In this document: positions 39,119-48,009 of the stretch, piece after piece
Layout of the letters: every line of letters begins with the position of its first letter
How positions within the stretch are numbered: position 1 is the stretch's first letter
NCBI GenBank assembly: GCA_014435945.1
Contig: GCA_014435945.1_4088.1
Source of the DNA: a phage
Direction: 5' to 3' (one strand)
Length of the DNA stretch: 64,000 nucleotides
Notes under the pieces: generated by a model
What the model saw: only the letters and a program-made list of their open reading frames with translations
Told to the model about the DNA's origin: nothing
Database searches by the model: none
Translations under genes and position numbers: made by a program

Positions 39119-40240
39119 TTAAAAGGGCAACGGTAACTCAGTAAAAGTACTTACGTCCGGTAAACCATACATTGAATTAGCATCACCACAGTAATACCAC
39201 TTCGTAGAATCATGTACCACCGATAAACGCTGTGCACATAACACTTCCTGTATGTCATTAAACACCATCGGGACTAACTCATATGTATCCGCAAATGAAG
39301 ATACACCACCACTCGCATGAAAAGTATTCGTCCCAGCATAAAATAACTGATTAGTGTTCTTACCCACAGCAAATGTCATCAATATCCCATCATTCGCCCA
39401 TAAAGAAGAAAACTTATCAACACTACCAGAAAGCTCTGTGTAAGTACTCGTAATGGCACTCGCAGCCGCCGCATTACCCATCTGTTTATTCAAGTTCTGT
39501 CCAGCAATAAAATATCTCGTGCGTGCACTAGAATCAGTATATAATAACCCAGTGTTCGTAGTCATCATTCCAATGTCCTTAATCGTCATACCAGTCTGTG
39601 AATAACTTAGATACGAAGTTAAATTAACATTATTACCCAACGAACCGTTATCACTCATACCACAACGATGTAATATACCACTTGTATCAACGTAGATTGT
39701 ACTAACTAAACTCGTATACAACTCTTGTACATTATTCGCAATAAACACAGCAGTCGCCTTATTACTAACCCCACCAAATGATAGGTTATTATCAAATCCC
39801 TTAGCGTATAATTGATTATTAGTAGTCAATAATCCAATCGTGAAATAAGACATTTTCATATCCCTTACTGTACTCAAATCTACTGCCCCAAATTGGTGCG
39901 TAACATCTGTCCATGTGAAAATCTGTGCACTACCAACACCACCCGTTTCAAACCATTTGTCACCACAGTACAATATGCGATTACCCTTAGTAAAGATAAC
40001 TGTTACCAATCCACTACCACACGCAAACTTTACATCACTTCTAACCTTCGTCCAATTAAGTACATAGGTAGTGGTGTTATTACCTATACCTAACTTGCCA
40101 TAACGGTTATAACCACGCACCCACAAATCACCACTCTTAGTAATTAATAGTAATGCGTCTCCTGTACTTATTATTCGAAATCCCGAACTAGGATCAGGTG
40201 TAATATTTCCATAATCAAACAATCTAACAAAAGGTAACAT
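39119..40240 (-). CDS. RCC1-like repeat protein, array member 4 (MLPFVRLFDYGN)
   Basis: As above. Confidence 0.75.
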   Translation of the reverse strand: MLPFVRLFDYGNITPDPSSGFRIISTGDALLLITKSGDLWVRGYNRYGKLGIGNNTTTYVLNWTKVRSDVKFACGSGLVTVIFTKGNRILYCGDKWFETGGVGSAQIFTWTDVTHQFGAVDLSTVRDMKMSYFTIGLLTTNNQLYAKGFDNNLSFGGVSNKATAVFIANNVQELYTSLVSTIYVDTSGILHRCGMSDNGSLGNNVNLTSYLSYSQTGMTIKDIGMMTTNTGLLYTDSSARTRYFIAGQNLNKQMGNAAAASAITSTYTELSGSVDKFSSLWANDGILMTFAVGKNTNQLFYAGTNTFHASGGVSSFADTYELVPMVFNDIQEVLCAQRLSVVHDSTKWYYCGDANSMYGLPDVSTFTELPLPF

Positions 40241-40249
40241 GATTTTCTC

Positions 40250-41443
40250 CTATGATTGCCATAACTGCGTTGGCATTAATGTTAATGTTTTAATTACGGA
40301 AGTACCATCCGGTAAGTTACCACCTGAACCGTTAAAGCCCCCACATGCATATAATTTATAATCTTTAGTTATAATTATTGTTCTGGACCAGTCTTTGGAT
40401 GCCATAAGAACATTGTCATATCCACCCTGTATCGCACTTAAAGAAAACGCCCCCCACGAAGTAATTACTGTTGTATTTCCCGTCCCTTCTTGACCATATG
40501 TATTGATGCCTGCACTCCTGACATATGATGGGTATTGAGCCATAGGTGCACCAATTGTTGAGTTACCCATATTACTAGGACACAGGAAACCATCACTAAT
40601 ATTCACTATAACCTGTGAATTCTGAACTGTAGTTAATTGGTTTGTAGTTGAAGTAGTACCATTCCCAGCTTGTCCAGAATTGTTTCTACCACTCCAGTAC
40701 ACCCTACCGGCAGTGAACCACCAGGTAACATCATAAGTAGCACTTATATAATCGACGTTGGATCGTATTAATTTATTAGTAAAAACGTATGAGCTAGTCC
40801 CACCACCACTTTCACCAAAGTTATCCTTACCACAAAACCATGCTTCTTTATTTGTTTTGAGATAGTGCGTACCCTGTAATGAACACGCCAATTGAGAAAC
40901 TTCACCCATACCAGTAACAACTGTTAGTACTGGAATGGAATTTTGGTTACCTGTTCCACATTCGGCATTTGCATTTTTACCACAAACAACTACTCTTCCA
41001 TCGTGTAGTAATATTCTAGTACTTTCACCTATATGTACACTCTTGATTAAATTAGCGTGTACATTTATTTTGTTAAATGCGGCAGTAACATCAGTCCATG
41101 TTCTAAAATAACCATTAACTGGAGTTGCATCTCCATAATCGGGGAATGCTACAGTATTCCCTGTGAAATATATTCTATTATCCAAGTCAATCATCAATGA
41201 GCCATGAACGCCTAACCAAAAGGCTGCACAGTGCGTTGCCAGTACTGTAAAAGTAGAAACTGTCGATTGATTCCCTAGACCTAATTGGCTCAAGTTATTA
41301 CCACCATAACCGTATAGTGTATTCGTGGGCTTATGTAGATACATAGCATTAGTATAATGTTGCTGTAAAACATCAGTGAACTCAACTGGATCAGGAATAG
41401 GCAGTTTATTCCCGTATTTAACCATTCTTGCAAAAGGTAACAT
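40250..41443 (-). CDS. RCC1-like repeat protein, array member 3 (MLPFARMVKYGN)
   Basis: As above. Confidence 0.75.
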   Translation of the reverse strand: MLPFARMVKYGNKLPIPDPVEFTDVLQQHYTNAMYLHKPTNTLYGYGGNNLSQLGLGNQSTVSTFTVLATHCAAFWLGVHGSLMIDLDNRIYFTGNTVAFPDYGDATPVNGYFRTWTDVTAAFNKINVHANLIKSVHIGESTRILLHDGRVVVCGKNANAECGTGNQNSIPVLTVVTGMGEVSQLACSLQGTHYLKTNKEAWFCGKDNFGESGGGTSSYVFTNKLIRSNVDYISATYDVTWWFTAGRVYWSGRNNSGQAGNGTTSTTNQLTTVQNSQVIVNISDGFLCPSNMGNSTIGAPMAQYPSYVRSAGINTYGQEGTGNTTVITSWGAFSLSAIQGGYDNVLMASKDWSRTIIITKDYKLYACGGFNGSGGNLPDGTSVIKTLTLMPTQLWQS

Positions 41444-41513
41444 ATTTCCCTCCTTTATTCATTATACTATATTTAATCAAAAATAAATGCCAGTACACAG
41501 TACTGGCATAATA
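41444..41513 (-). promoter_or_regulatory. array intergenic cassette (hairpin 41489-41507)
   Basis: Seen directly. Confidence 0.65.
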
Positions 41514-42692
41514 TTATCGGTTAAATTTAAAATCTGTTATGTGTGTCCATGTATGATTTAATGGTGTACTCATTGGTGTAAAGCCAGCAGGGTCTGACAA
41601 AGCTGTACCACGTGCGTACATAAATTGATTGCCAGTACAATCCATTATAGCATAAGAACGTTTTGCTGTGCCACATTTGAACCCAACTGCACTACTTGGG
41701 GTCGGTAATACTTCAAATGTAGGTGCATTTGAACTACCACCCCCATCTTTTGTTCCAGCTATGTACAGAACTCCATTAGTATCAATGATTAAGTTAGTCC
41801 AATATACTTGTTCTCGTCCAGCAAAAAAATATGTTAAATCACCTGGTACAAATGGTAACGTTCCTTTATATATTGTGGTATTAACATCCACTGGTGCACC
41901 AGCTACACCCCATGAACTCATATAGTTTCTCCCACTTGCGTAGAATGTAGTTCCTTTACCGTAAAGTATTAATGTTGCTAGACTTGTTCGCATTGCATTA
42001 TATTCAAACTCAGGATCATCAGTAGCGTCCTTAAAAATCTGTGTCCATGTTGTTATATTGCCAGTAGTTGTAACACCCATTTGATAATAATAATTATCAC
42101 CAGTAGCATAGAATTCTTTAGGGCCAGTTTGTACAATTGCATTCCTATTAGTTAACCAAAAATCTAATGTATTAGTCTTGATCTTGGTTGGTGTGTAATT
42201 CGCCACGGTATTTCCTTTTCCGAAATAACCATTAGCGTTATTTCCATGACCCCATAAATCACCATTAGTTGTGCGTAGGAATAATGTACCAATATTGAAT
42301 CCAACTTTTTCTATAGTACTTATGTCAATACCAACAGTCGTGTACTTCGTTGTAAAATCTTGAAAAGTACTCCAATAATTAGATGAACCATTAAACATGG
42401 TTTGTTTACCAGTGTACTTCACTTTATTATCTTTAGTGATAAGTAATGTCCCCCACACTGACGCGAACATCAACTTAACATTTTCCATAACAAAGTATGG
42501 CTTACCGTATGCTGACGCGGTAGAGTTCAAACCTAATAGTTGTCCATTATTACTACAACCCCATACTTCGCCGTTATCCAAAAGCATCAACATAGTAGGT
42601 TTGCCAGATGATACATCCAAAAAGAAATCTTTTGGTGTTGGTACACCAGGTGTAATATTTCCATAATCAAACATTCTAACAAAAGGTAACAT
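41514..42692 (-). CDS. RCC1-like repeat protein, array member 2 (MLPFVRMFDYGN)
   Basis: As above. Confidence 0.75.
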   Translation of the reverse strand: MLPFVRMFDYGNITPGVPTPKDFFLDVSSGKPTMLMLLDNGEVWGCSNNGQLLGLNSTASAYGKPYFVMENVKLMFASVWGTLLITKDNKVKYTGKQTMFNGSSNYWSTFQDFTTKYTTVGIDISTIEKVGFNIGTLFLRTTNGDLWGHGNNANGYFGKGNTVANYTPTKIKTNTLDFWLTNRNAIVQTGPKEFYATGDNYYYQMGVTTTGNITTWTQIFKDATDDPEFEYNAMRTSLATLILYGKGTTFYASGRNYMSSWGVAGAPVDVNTTIYKGTLPFVPGDLTYFFAGREQVYWTNLIIDTNGVLYIAGTKDGGGSSNAPTFEVLPTPSSAVGFKCGTAKRSYAIMDCTGNQFMYARGTALSDPAGFTPMSTPLNHTWTHITDFKFNR

Positions 42693-42764
42693 ATTTCCCT
42701 CCTTTATTCATTATACTATATTTAATCAAAAATAAAAGCCAGTACTCTGTACTGGCATATTAAT
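42693..42764 (-). promoter_or_regulatory. array intergenic cassette (hairpin 42738-42756)
   Basis: Seen directly. Confidence 0.65.
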
Positions 42765-43913
42765 TCATTGTATAAATGACATATCTACTTCTGTATAATT
42801 AAGAACGTTCTGTCCAGAAATACCACCCATTACTACTATTGCAATGCCACAATAATATAATTTTCCAGTATCCGTAAGTATAAGTGAACCAGATGGACTG
42901 CGTACCAAATTACACGAAGTATTAAACGAAGTATATGAAGGAGTATAGGAGTACTGATTATTATTATTACCAACACCTAATTGCCCAAACCCATTCGATC
43001 CAGAAGCATATAGAACTTCATCTGCTTTGACAATATGTGATGCCATGTTACCAACACAAGTATATAGAGTATAAACTCCTGAACTCAATAATGTCGGAGT
43101 TTTATATTGTATATCTGTAGATGTAGAAGTACCACCTGTACCAAATTCGTTCCCATATTGTGCACCGAACTGTTTACCACAAGCGTACAAATTATTATCC
43201 GATTTGATAAAAAATGTACTCTGATAACTTACATTAAAATCTATAACATCCGAAGAAATCATCGTCACCCCAGTAATAGAAGTTTGATTACCCGTGCCCA
43301 ACTGGTAGTAATAGTTAAAACCACAACCCCATAAAGTATTATCTTCTCGCAAATAAATGTTACCAACTGCCTTTTTAACCGAAGTTATAGTATCTACTCT
43401 TTTGAATGTGTTAAAAGAATTAATGTTTGTGCCATCACCAAATGATGATATGTTCGATATATTGTTAGCTCCACAACAATACAATGTACCATCGTTTGTT
43501 ATCAAATTCACCTTCATATCATAAAAACTACTCATGTATTTTATATCAGAAACATTAATACCACTTGATGTTATCCACGTAGTACAGTCCGTCCACAAAG
43601 TTTTTCTATCAGTTACACCAGTGAATGCCTTCGTGTTACCAGTGATAAAAACTTTTCCAGTACCTTTCTCTTCATACAATTGACAATCACTACTGTTATC
43701 TTCCAATAGAACTCGTTTAACATTCTCCGCACAAAGAATAAATTTACTCGATGCTACACCTGTACCAGTACCCCAATTCGTCGCAGAAGATGCATACAAC
43801 TTATCAGTATAAGTATCATGAAGATACATAGAATCACTGGAATATATTTTAAAACGCCCTTCTTTCTCAGGTATAATATTCCCATAATCAAACATTCTAA
43901 CAAAAGGTAACAT
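42765..43913 (-). CDS. RCC1-like repeat protein, array member 1 (MLPFVRMFDYGN); track start 43931 is translated SD region
   Basis: Start at conserved MLPF codon. Confidence 0.75.
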   Translation of the reverse strand: MLPFVRMFDYGNIIPEKEGRFKIYSSDSMYLHDTYTDKLYASSATNWGTGTGVASSKFILCAENVKRVLLEDNSSDCQLYEEKGTGKVFITGNTKAFTGVTDRKTLWTDCTTWITSSGINVSDIKYMSSFYDMKVNLITNDGTLYCCGANNISNISSFGDGTNINSFNTFKRVDTITSVKKAVGNIYLREDNTLWGCGFNYYYQLGTGNQTSITGVTMISSDVIDFNVSYQSTFFIKSDNNLYACGKQFGAQYGNEFGTGGTSTSTDIQYKTPTLLSSGVYTLYTCVGNMASHIVKADEVLYASGSNGFGQLGVGNNNNQYSYTPSYTSFNTSCNLVRSPSGSLILTDTGKLYYCGIAIVVMGGISGQNVLNYTEVDMSFIQ

Positions 43914-44015
43914 ATTTCCTCCTTTATTCATTATATCATATTTACCCCATAAACAAAACCCTTGACATCCTTTCAGTACTGGTGTACTATAGAAGGAATA
44001 TAAGGAGAACTGTAC
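43914..44015. promoter_or_regulatory. divergent promoter region: -10/SD cassette for the minus array and TTGACA-N17-TACTAT plus AAGGAG for the + strand mini-gene array
   Basis: cccttgacatcctttcagtactggtgtactat on + strand; TATAATGAATAAAGGAGG on - strand. Confidence 0.55.
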
Positions 44016-44243
44016 ATGACAACTACACTTAAGTACTACCTCAATACTCTAAATGAACTAGAGTACGCGAAGTTTCTCGCGGATAGTTCGTGGCTAATTG
44101 AGCTAAAAACACATAACAGTACTGGATGTAACCTTATGCTGAACAATGCACTTGATACCCTTGTAGTGAGTATTTTACACAGCAACATCTGCGGGGATAG
44201 CAATAAACAATTATCAAAAATCTTAGTACTGGTAGCTCTATGA
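44016..44243 (+). CDS. mini-protein family S member
   Basis: ORF track; SD AAGGAG. Confidence 0.5.
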   Translation: MTTTLKYYLNTLNELEYAKFLADSSWLIELKTHNSTGCNLMLNNALDTLVVSILHSNICGDSNKQLSKILVLVAL

Positions 44244-44452
44244 ACACTATGAACATTGAACAGTACTACATTGATGCACTACCAACAAAAGGTCTACGAG
44301 AAAGCCTACTGTATACACAAAATAATTATATAAACCTCAAACATTGTCCTAAACTCTTGAACTCGTACAGGAATAATAAAATAAGAAATGCTGTACAAGG
44401 GGTAGAAAGTATGCAATACTATTACATCCTAACCCTTTTAATCGAACACTAA
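44240..44452 (+). CDS. mini-protein family S member (N-terminal ..QYYIDALP, Tyr/Leu-rich C-terminus)
   Basis: ORF track; tandem paralogs. Confidence 0.5.
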   Translation: MNTMNIEQYYIDALPTKGLRESLLYTQNNYINLKHCPKLLNSYRNNKIRNAVQGVESMQYYYILTLLIEH

Positions 44453-44453
44453 T

Positions 44454-44639
44454 ATGTATAAAGAATTCTACTGTAGTAAGCTGCACAAACAATACAGAGA
44501 TTCATTTCCCAATGAACCTATGGATATGAATAGTCCCTTTTATAAATTTGACTTCAGACTGGAGACACGTTATGCAATAGAACATCAATTTCCTGAAACT
44601 AAGTACTTATCTATCATGAACCTCATCTTTAAGTTCTAA
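44454..44639 (+). CDS. mini-protein family S member
   Basis: ORF track. Confidence 0.45.
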   Translation: MYKEFYCSKLHKQYRDSFPNEPMDMNSPFYKFDFRLETRYAIEHQFPETKYLSIMNLIFKF

Positions 44640-44650
44640 AAGAGTACTAT

Positions 44651-44863
44651 ATGAAAACTATGAACATACACCAGTACTACTTAGATATTCTCCCTAAAGA
44701 TGTACAGTTCATCCTTAAACAAGAATACAGTACTTTAAAAAACCTTAAAAGAACCGCACCGAATGTATTAATCCTGCACCAAGAAAATGTAGTTGATAAT
44801 ATTCTACAAGGTGTACCAGGGACCGAGTACTTTAACATAATAAGGCTAATTACATTACCATGA
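44651..44863 (+). CDS. mini-protein family S member
   Basis: ORF track. Confidence 0.5.
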   Translation: MKTMNIHQYYLDILPKDVQFILKQEYSTLKNLKRTAPNVLILHQENVVDNILQGVPGTEYFNIIRLITLP

Positions 44864-45045
44864 ATCATATATTATACTATTACCAAAATCTATCCGACAG
44901 GGACAAGTACACCCACAACTCCAATGTATGGTACTACAAACGCGGTAGTATAAGAGACAAACAACATTACTTCTGTATTGCTATAAAAGAAGCACTAACA
45001 ACTAAGTACACGTACAGAGCAGTACTGAAACTTATTGATATGTAA
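44860..45045 (+). CDS. mini-protein family S member
   Basis: ORF track. Confidence 0.5.
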   Translation: MNHILYYYQNLSDRDKYTHNSNVWYYKRGSIRDKQHYFCIAIKEALTTKYTYRAVLKLIDM

Positions 45046-45055
45046 AGAGAATACT

Positions 45056-45238
45056 ATGAGCATTGAATTGTACTTAAGTAAATTACAGCCTGGCGATAGA
45101 TTCATCTACAATAAGTTCGAATTCAACTACAAGAACGGGAGCAACAAATATCGTCGAGGATACCTATATACAAGCACAAGAGATGCACAAAACGAAAAGT
45201 ACACATACAGAGAAGTACTTAAACTAATCTCTATTTGA
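45056..45238 (+). CDS. mini-protein family S member (C-terminus YTYREVLKLISI)
   Basis: ATG after upstream stop. Confidence 0.5.
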   Translation: MSIELYLSKLQPGDRFIYNKFEFNYKNGSNKYRRGYLYTSTRDAQNEKYTYREVLKLISI

Positions 45239-45246
45239 GGTAATAT

Positions 45247-45432
45247 ATGAACACATTTGAGTACTATACAAATAAACTATCTATGCCTGAAAGATCTCAT
45301 CTCTATGTGTGGAGAAATGCGTATAAAAGCGGCAATAAACTTATACAAAGAAATTCCCTTACAGTGTGTACAAATTTAATTAAAGCAGAGTACCGCACAT
45401 ATATTGAAGTACTCAAACTGATAGCAATATAA
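45247..45432 (+). CDS. mini-protein family S member
   Basis: ORF track. Confidence 0.5.
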   Translation: MNTFEYYTNKLSMPERSHLYVWRNAYKSGNKLIQRNSLTVCTNLIKAEYRTYIEVLKLIAI

Positions 45433-45440
45433 GGTACTCT

Positions 45441-45620
45441 ATGCAAGAATTCTATATCTATAACCTCCAGCACAAAGATAGATACAACTATAATAAATTC
45501 CAAAGGTACTACACAGTCGGGAACAAAAGAGATAAAAAACGTTATCTACTCTCGTGTACAGTAGAAGCACAAAACGAAAAGTACAGGTACAGAGAAGTAC
45601 TTAAACTAATCTCAATCTAA
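45441..45620 (+). CDS. mini-protein family S member (59 aa, missed by 60-aa cutoff)
   Basis: Read manually; MQEFYIYNL...YRYREVLKLISI. Confidence 0.5.
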   Translation: MQEFYIYNLQHKDRYNYNKFQRYYTVGNKRDKKRYLLSCTVEAQNEKYRYREVLKLISI

Positions 45621-45627
45621 GGTAGAC

Positions 45628-45816
45628 ATGAACACTTTTGAGTACTACTTCAATAAACTAAACCACATAGAACAAAGTATGCACAACTCATTTATTCAGC
45701 ACCATCAATCATCTGCATCTGGAATTAAAAATATATCGATTGAGATTATAACTACCCGTGTACTGTCATCTGAACGTTATATGTATATTGATGTACTGAA
45801 ACTCATCTCTATGTAA
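45628..45816 (+). CDS. mini-protein family S member
   Basis: ORF track. Confidence 0.5.
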   Translation: MNTFEYYFNKLNHIEQSMHNSFIQHHQSSASGIKNISIEIITTRVLSSERYMYIDVLKLISM

Positions 45817-45824
45817 GGAATAAT

Positions 45825-46004
45825 ATGCAAGAATACTATATAGAACACATAAACATTAAAGACCGTTTCATGTACGACACCTTCGTGAAGTACTACAACC
45901 TGGCAACTAACAGTACTAAAAATATTAATCTCAATAGCTGCATTCATCACGCACTAACAAAAGATAATCCCTTCAGGGAAATCCTCGCTCTCGCATCTGT
46001 ATAA
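45825..46004 (+). CDS. mini-protein family S member (59 aa, missed by cutoff)
   Basis: Read manually; MQEYYIEHI... Confidence 0.45.
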   Translation: MQEYYIEHINIKDRFMYDTFVKYYNLATNSTKNINLNSCIHHALTKDNPFREILALASV

Positions 46005-46014
46005 AGGAAACCAA

Positions 46015-46674
46015 ATGAAACTTAATGCACACAGCAAACAATACCTTAAGCACTTTAAGTACCTCAACAGTATTCAAGCAGAATCTTTTACATCTGCATA
46101 TACGTATCACCCAAATGTACTAAAGAAACGAAATAAAAAGAAAAAATCCAGAAATGTTCTCGTATCTAAGAACCTCAAATCGTACTTGAAGAAAAATAAT
46201 ATAGCTCTTGCTTTTATTAATATCTATAATACTGATTTAAAAGTATTGAGTACTAATACCAGCACAAAAGCACTAAAGAATGCATCTATCTATATACACA
46301 TGGATAATATCCCGTGTACTATAATTCTATCTTTCGGGAATGTATACTTCTTCGGGAATTGTAATAGCACCCATGATATCAGTACTGCACAATTCCAAAT
46401 CGGAGATATGTACTGCATGGGTTCAGAAAAAATACACGATAACATGCACTTCTTCCAAAAGCAACGTACTAACGAAACTGATACAGTACTGCAATTCCTC
46501 AAAGAACTACAAAACAAAGAATTAACACCAGAAGAAGAATTCATGTACAGTACTGTAATCGATAATCCAGAACTCTATAAAAACGCGTACAAACTAACAA
46601 AACATGTACAGGAACTTATCAGTACTGATAAGAAATTTCATAACCTCATTACGTATATTACAAACTATGTATAA
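46015..46674 (+). CDS. hypothetical protein (219 aa) interrupting the mini-gene array
   Basis: ORF track. Confidence 0.5.
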   Translation: MKLNAHSKQYLKHFKYLNSIQAESFTSAYTYHPNVLKKRNKKKKSRNVLVSKNLKSYLKKNNIALAFINIYNTDLKVLSTNTSTKALKNASIYIHMDNIPCTIILSFGNVYFFGNCNSTHDISTAQFQIGDMYCMGSEKIHDNMHFFQKQRTNETDTVLQFLKELQNKELTPEEEFMYSTVIDNPELYKNAYKLTKHVQELISTDKKFHNLITYITNYV

Positions 46675-46849
46675 AGAATACTACAAAGATAAAATCCCAA
46701 TGCATCTACAACACCATATACCAAACGTTGCATTGGGTATCAAAGATCACACAAAGATAATGTTCCAACAATGTACTAAGTACACGCTCATATACGATGA
46801 TAATCCATATATGCTGTACTACGTAGTAATGCTAACATTCAGGTACTAA
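46667..46849 (+). CDS. mini-protein family S member (MYKEYYKDKIP...)
   Basis: ATG overlapping upstream stop. Confidence 0.5.
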   Translation: MYKEYYKDKIPMHLQHHIPNVALGIKDHTKIMFQQCTKYTLIYDDNPYMLYYVVMLTFRY

Positions 46850-46850
46850 T

Positions 46851-47030
46851 ATGCACAAATATAAAGAATTCTACCTCTCGTACCTTAATTCCGATATAGT
46901 AACATCCAATACATTCAGTACTAAAATTATCTATAATGAAGTAATGAAAGAATGTATTAAAGGTGCTATTAACCCTAAAGATACGTATGACTTGTACTAT
47001 GCAGTACTAACCCTTGTTTTCACGAAATAA
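46851..47030 (+). CDS. mini-protein family S member (59 aa, missed by cutoff)
   Basis: Read manually; MHKYKEFYLSYL... Confidence 0.5.
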   Translation: MHKYKEFYLSYLNSDIVTSNTFSTKIIYNEVMKECIKGAINPKDTYDLYYAVLTLVFTK

Positions 47031-47038
47031 CACATAAT

Positions 47039-47230
47039 ATGAATAACCACAAAGAATACTACATAGAGAAACTCCCAATGTATCTACAACACCTTGTACC
47101 AACAGAACCATTGCGTATAGAAAAAGACTACGAAAAAGACTATTTCATTAAGTGCACTAAATCCTCGATAGATATTGAGGACTATAATAGAGTACTGTAT
47201 CACATCCTTTTACTAATATATAAGTACTAA
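47039..47230 (+). CDS. mini-protein family S member (MNNHKEYYIEKLP...)
   Basis: ORF track. Confidence 0.55.
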   Translation: MNNHKEYYIEKLPMYLQHLVPTEPLRIEKDYEKDYFIKCTKSSIDIEDYNRVLYHILLLIYKY

Positions 47231-47240
47231 AGAGAACAAT

Positions 47241-47429
47241 ATGAATAACCACAAAGAATACTACACACAATTTCTCCCCAGCATTTTTGAACACTACGCC
47301 AGATATAAAGTCCCCCTGGATAACGATTTGGCAGTACTGGGATTCAATAATTGCATAGAACGCAGTATAGAAAATAGTAGTAGCTATGACCAATTATATA
47401 ACACTATCCTACTTATATTCAGGTACTAA
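47241..47429 (+). CDS. mini-protein family S member
   Basis: ORF track. Confidence 0.55.
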   Translation: MNNHKEYYTQFLPSIFEHYARYKVPLDNDLAVLGFNNCIERSIENSSSYDQLYNTILLIFRY

Positions 47430-47430
47430 T

Positions 47431-47619
47431 ATGCATAAAGAATACTACACAAAATATTTCCCAATGTACCTCAGTACTAATCTATTAGATAAACCTCGCG
47501 GTATCAATGCACAAAACGATAAAGTGTACTTTACTATGTGCACTAAAGCATGTATACTAGATTTTGATAGCTATCATCGAGTACTATACCACACTCTGTA
47601 CCTCGCGTTCGTGTACTAA
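47431..47619 (+). CDS. mini-protein family S member (MHKEYYTKYFP...)
   Basis: ATG immediately after upstream stop. Confidence 0.55.
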   Translation: MHKEYYTKYFPMYLSTNLLDKPRGINAQNDKVYFTMCTKACILDFDSYHRVLYHTLYLAFVY

Positions 47620-47629
47620 AGAGGCCAAT

Positions 47630-47836
47630 ATGAACGAACAGAAAGAATTTTACACCAAATACCTCAGCAACGAAGAACAATTGTTTCTAAGGAGTGTATC
47701 ACCTTTAAGTTTAGATACACCACACGCCAGACATTGCTTTAATAATTGTATACGTAGTACTCTAGAAGCTTTAGAAAACAATAACAAAAAGATTCAGTAC
47801 TCAGGTGTAATAGGACTAATATTCTTCTATGAATAA
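47630..47836 (+). CDS. mini-protein family S member (MNEQKEFYTKYL...)
   Basis: Internal ATG of track ORF. Confidence 0.55.
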   Translation: MNEQKEFYTKYLSNEEQLFLRSVSPLSLDTPHARHCFNNCIRSTLEALENNNKKIQYSGVIGLIFFYE

Positions 47837-48008
47837 CTATAAAGAATTCTACATAAGCCATCTGGATATAAACTCCCAAATGCTTATACCACTAAAACCA
47901 ATAGATTTCAAGGATAAGAAAAATACCCAACAATTTATTGACCATACTGACTGTGCGGTGAACCAAAATTATATGTACTACATTCTCGCCCTAATATACA
48001 GGTACTAA
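47829..48008 (+). CDS. mini-protein family S member (59 aa, missed by cutoff)
   Basis: Read manually; MNNYKEFYISHL... Confidence 0.5.
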   Translation: MNNYKEFYISHLDINSQMLIPLKPIDFKDKKNTQQFIDHTDCAVNQNYMYYILALIYRY

Positions 48009-48009
48009 T

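Noticed and set aside
23163-43334. Plus-strand ORFs of 60-196 aa inside the RCC1-like array (23163..23348, 29088..29312, 31401..31583, 33429..33680, 33696..34286, 41668..41925, 42397..42666, 43107..43334) and short minus-strand ORFs nested within array genes (24785..25018, 28274..28480, 36978..37202, 39893..40093)
   Set aside because: All lie fully inside longer minus-strand paralog genes, have no promoter/SD cassette, and are low-complexity frame shadows of the repeat-rich coding strand.
30572-43931. N-terminal extensions MIKYSIMNKGGN, MNKGGN and MEILV on three array genes in the ORF track
   Set aside because: They are translations of the conserved promoter/SD cassette (ATTAAATATAGTATAATGAATAAAGGAGGAAAT); the true start is the conserved ATG of MLPF directly after the SD.
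44677-47393. ORFs 44677..44868 (-), 45303..45503 (-), 46290..46544 (-), 46340..46525 (+), 47157..47393 (-)
   Set aside because: Antisense or out-of-frame overlaps of the mini-gene array and of 46015..46674; no SD context.
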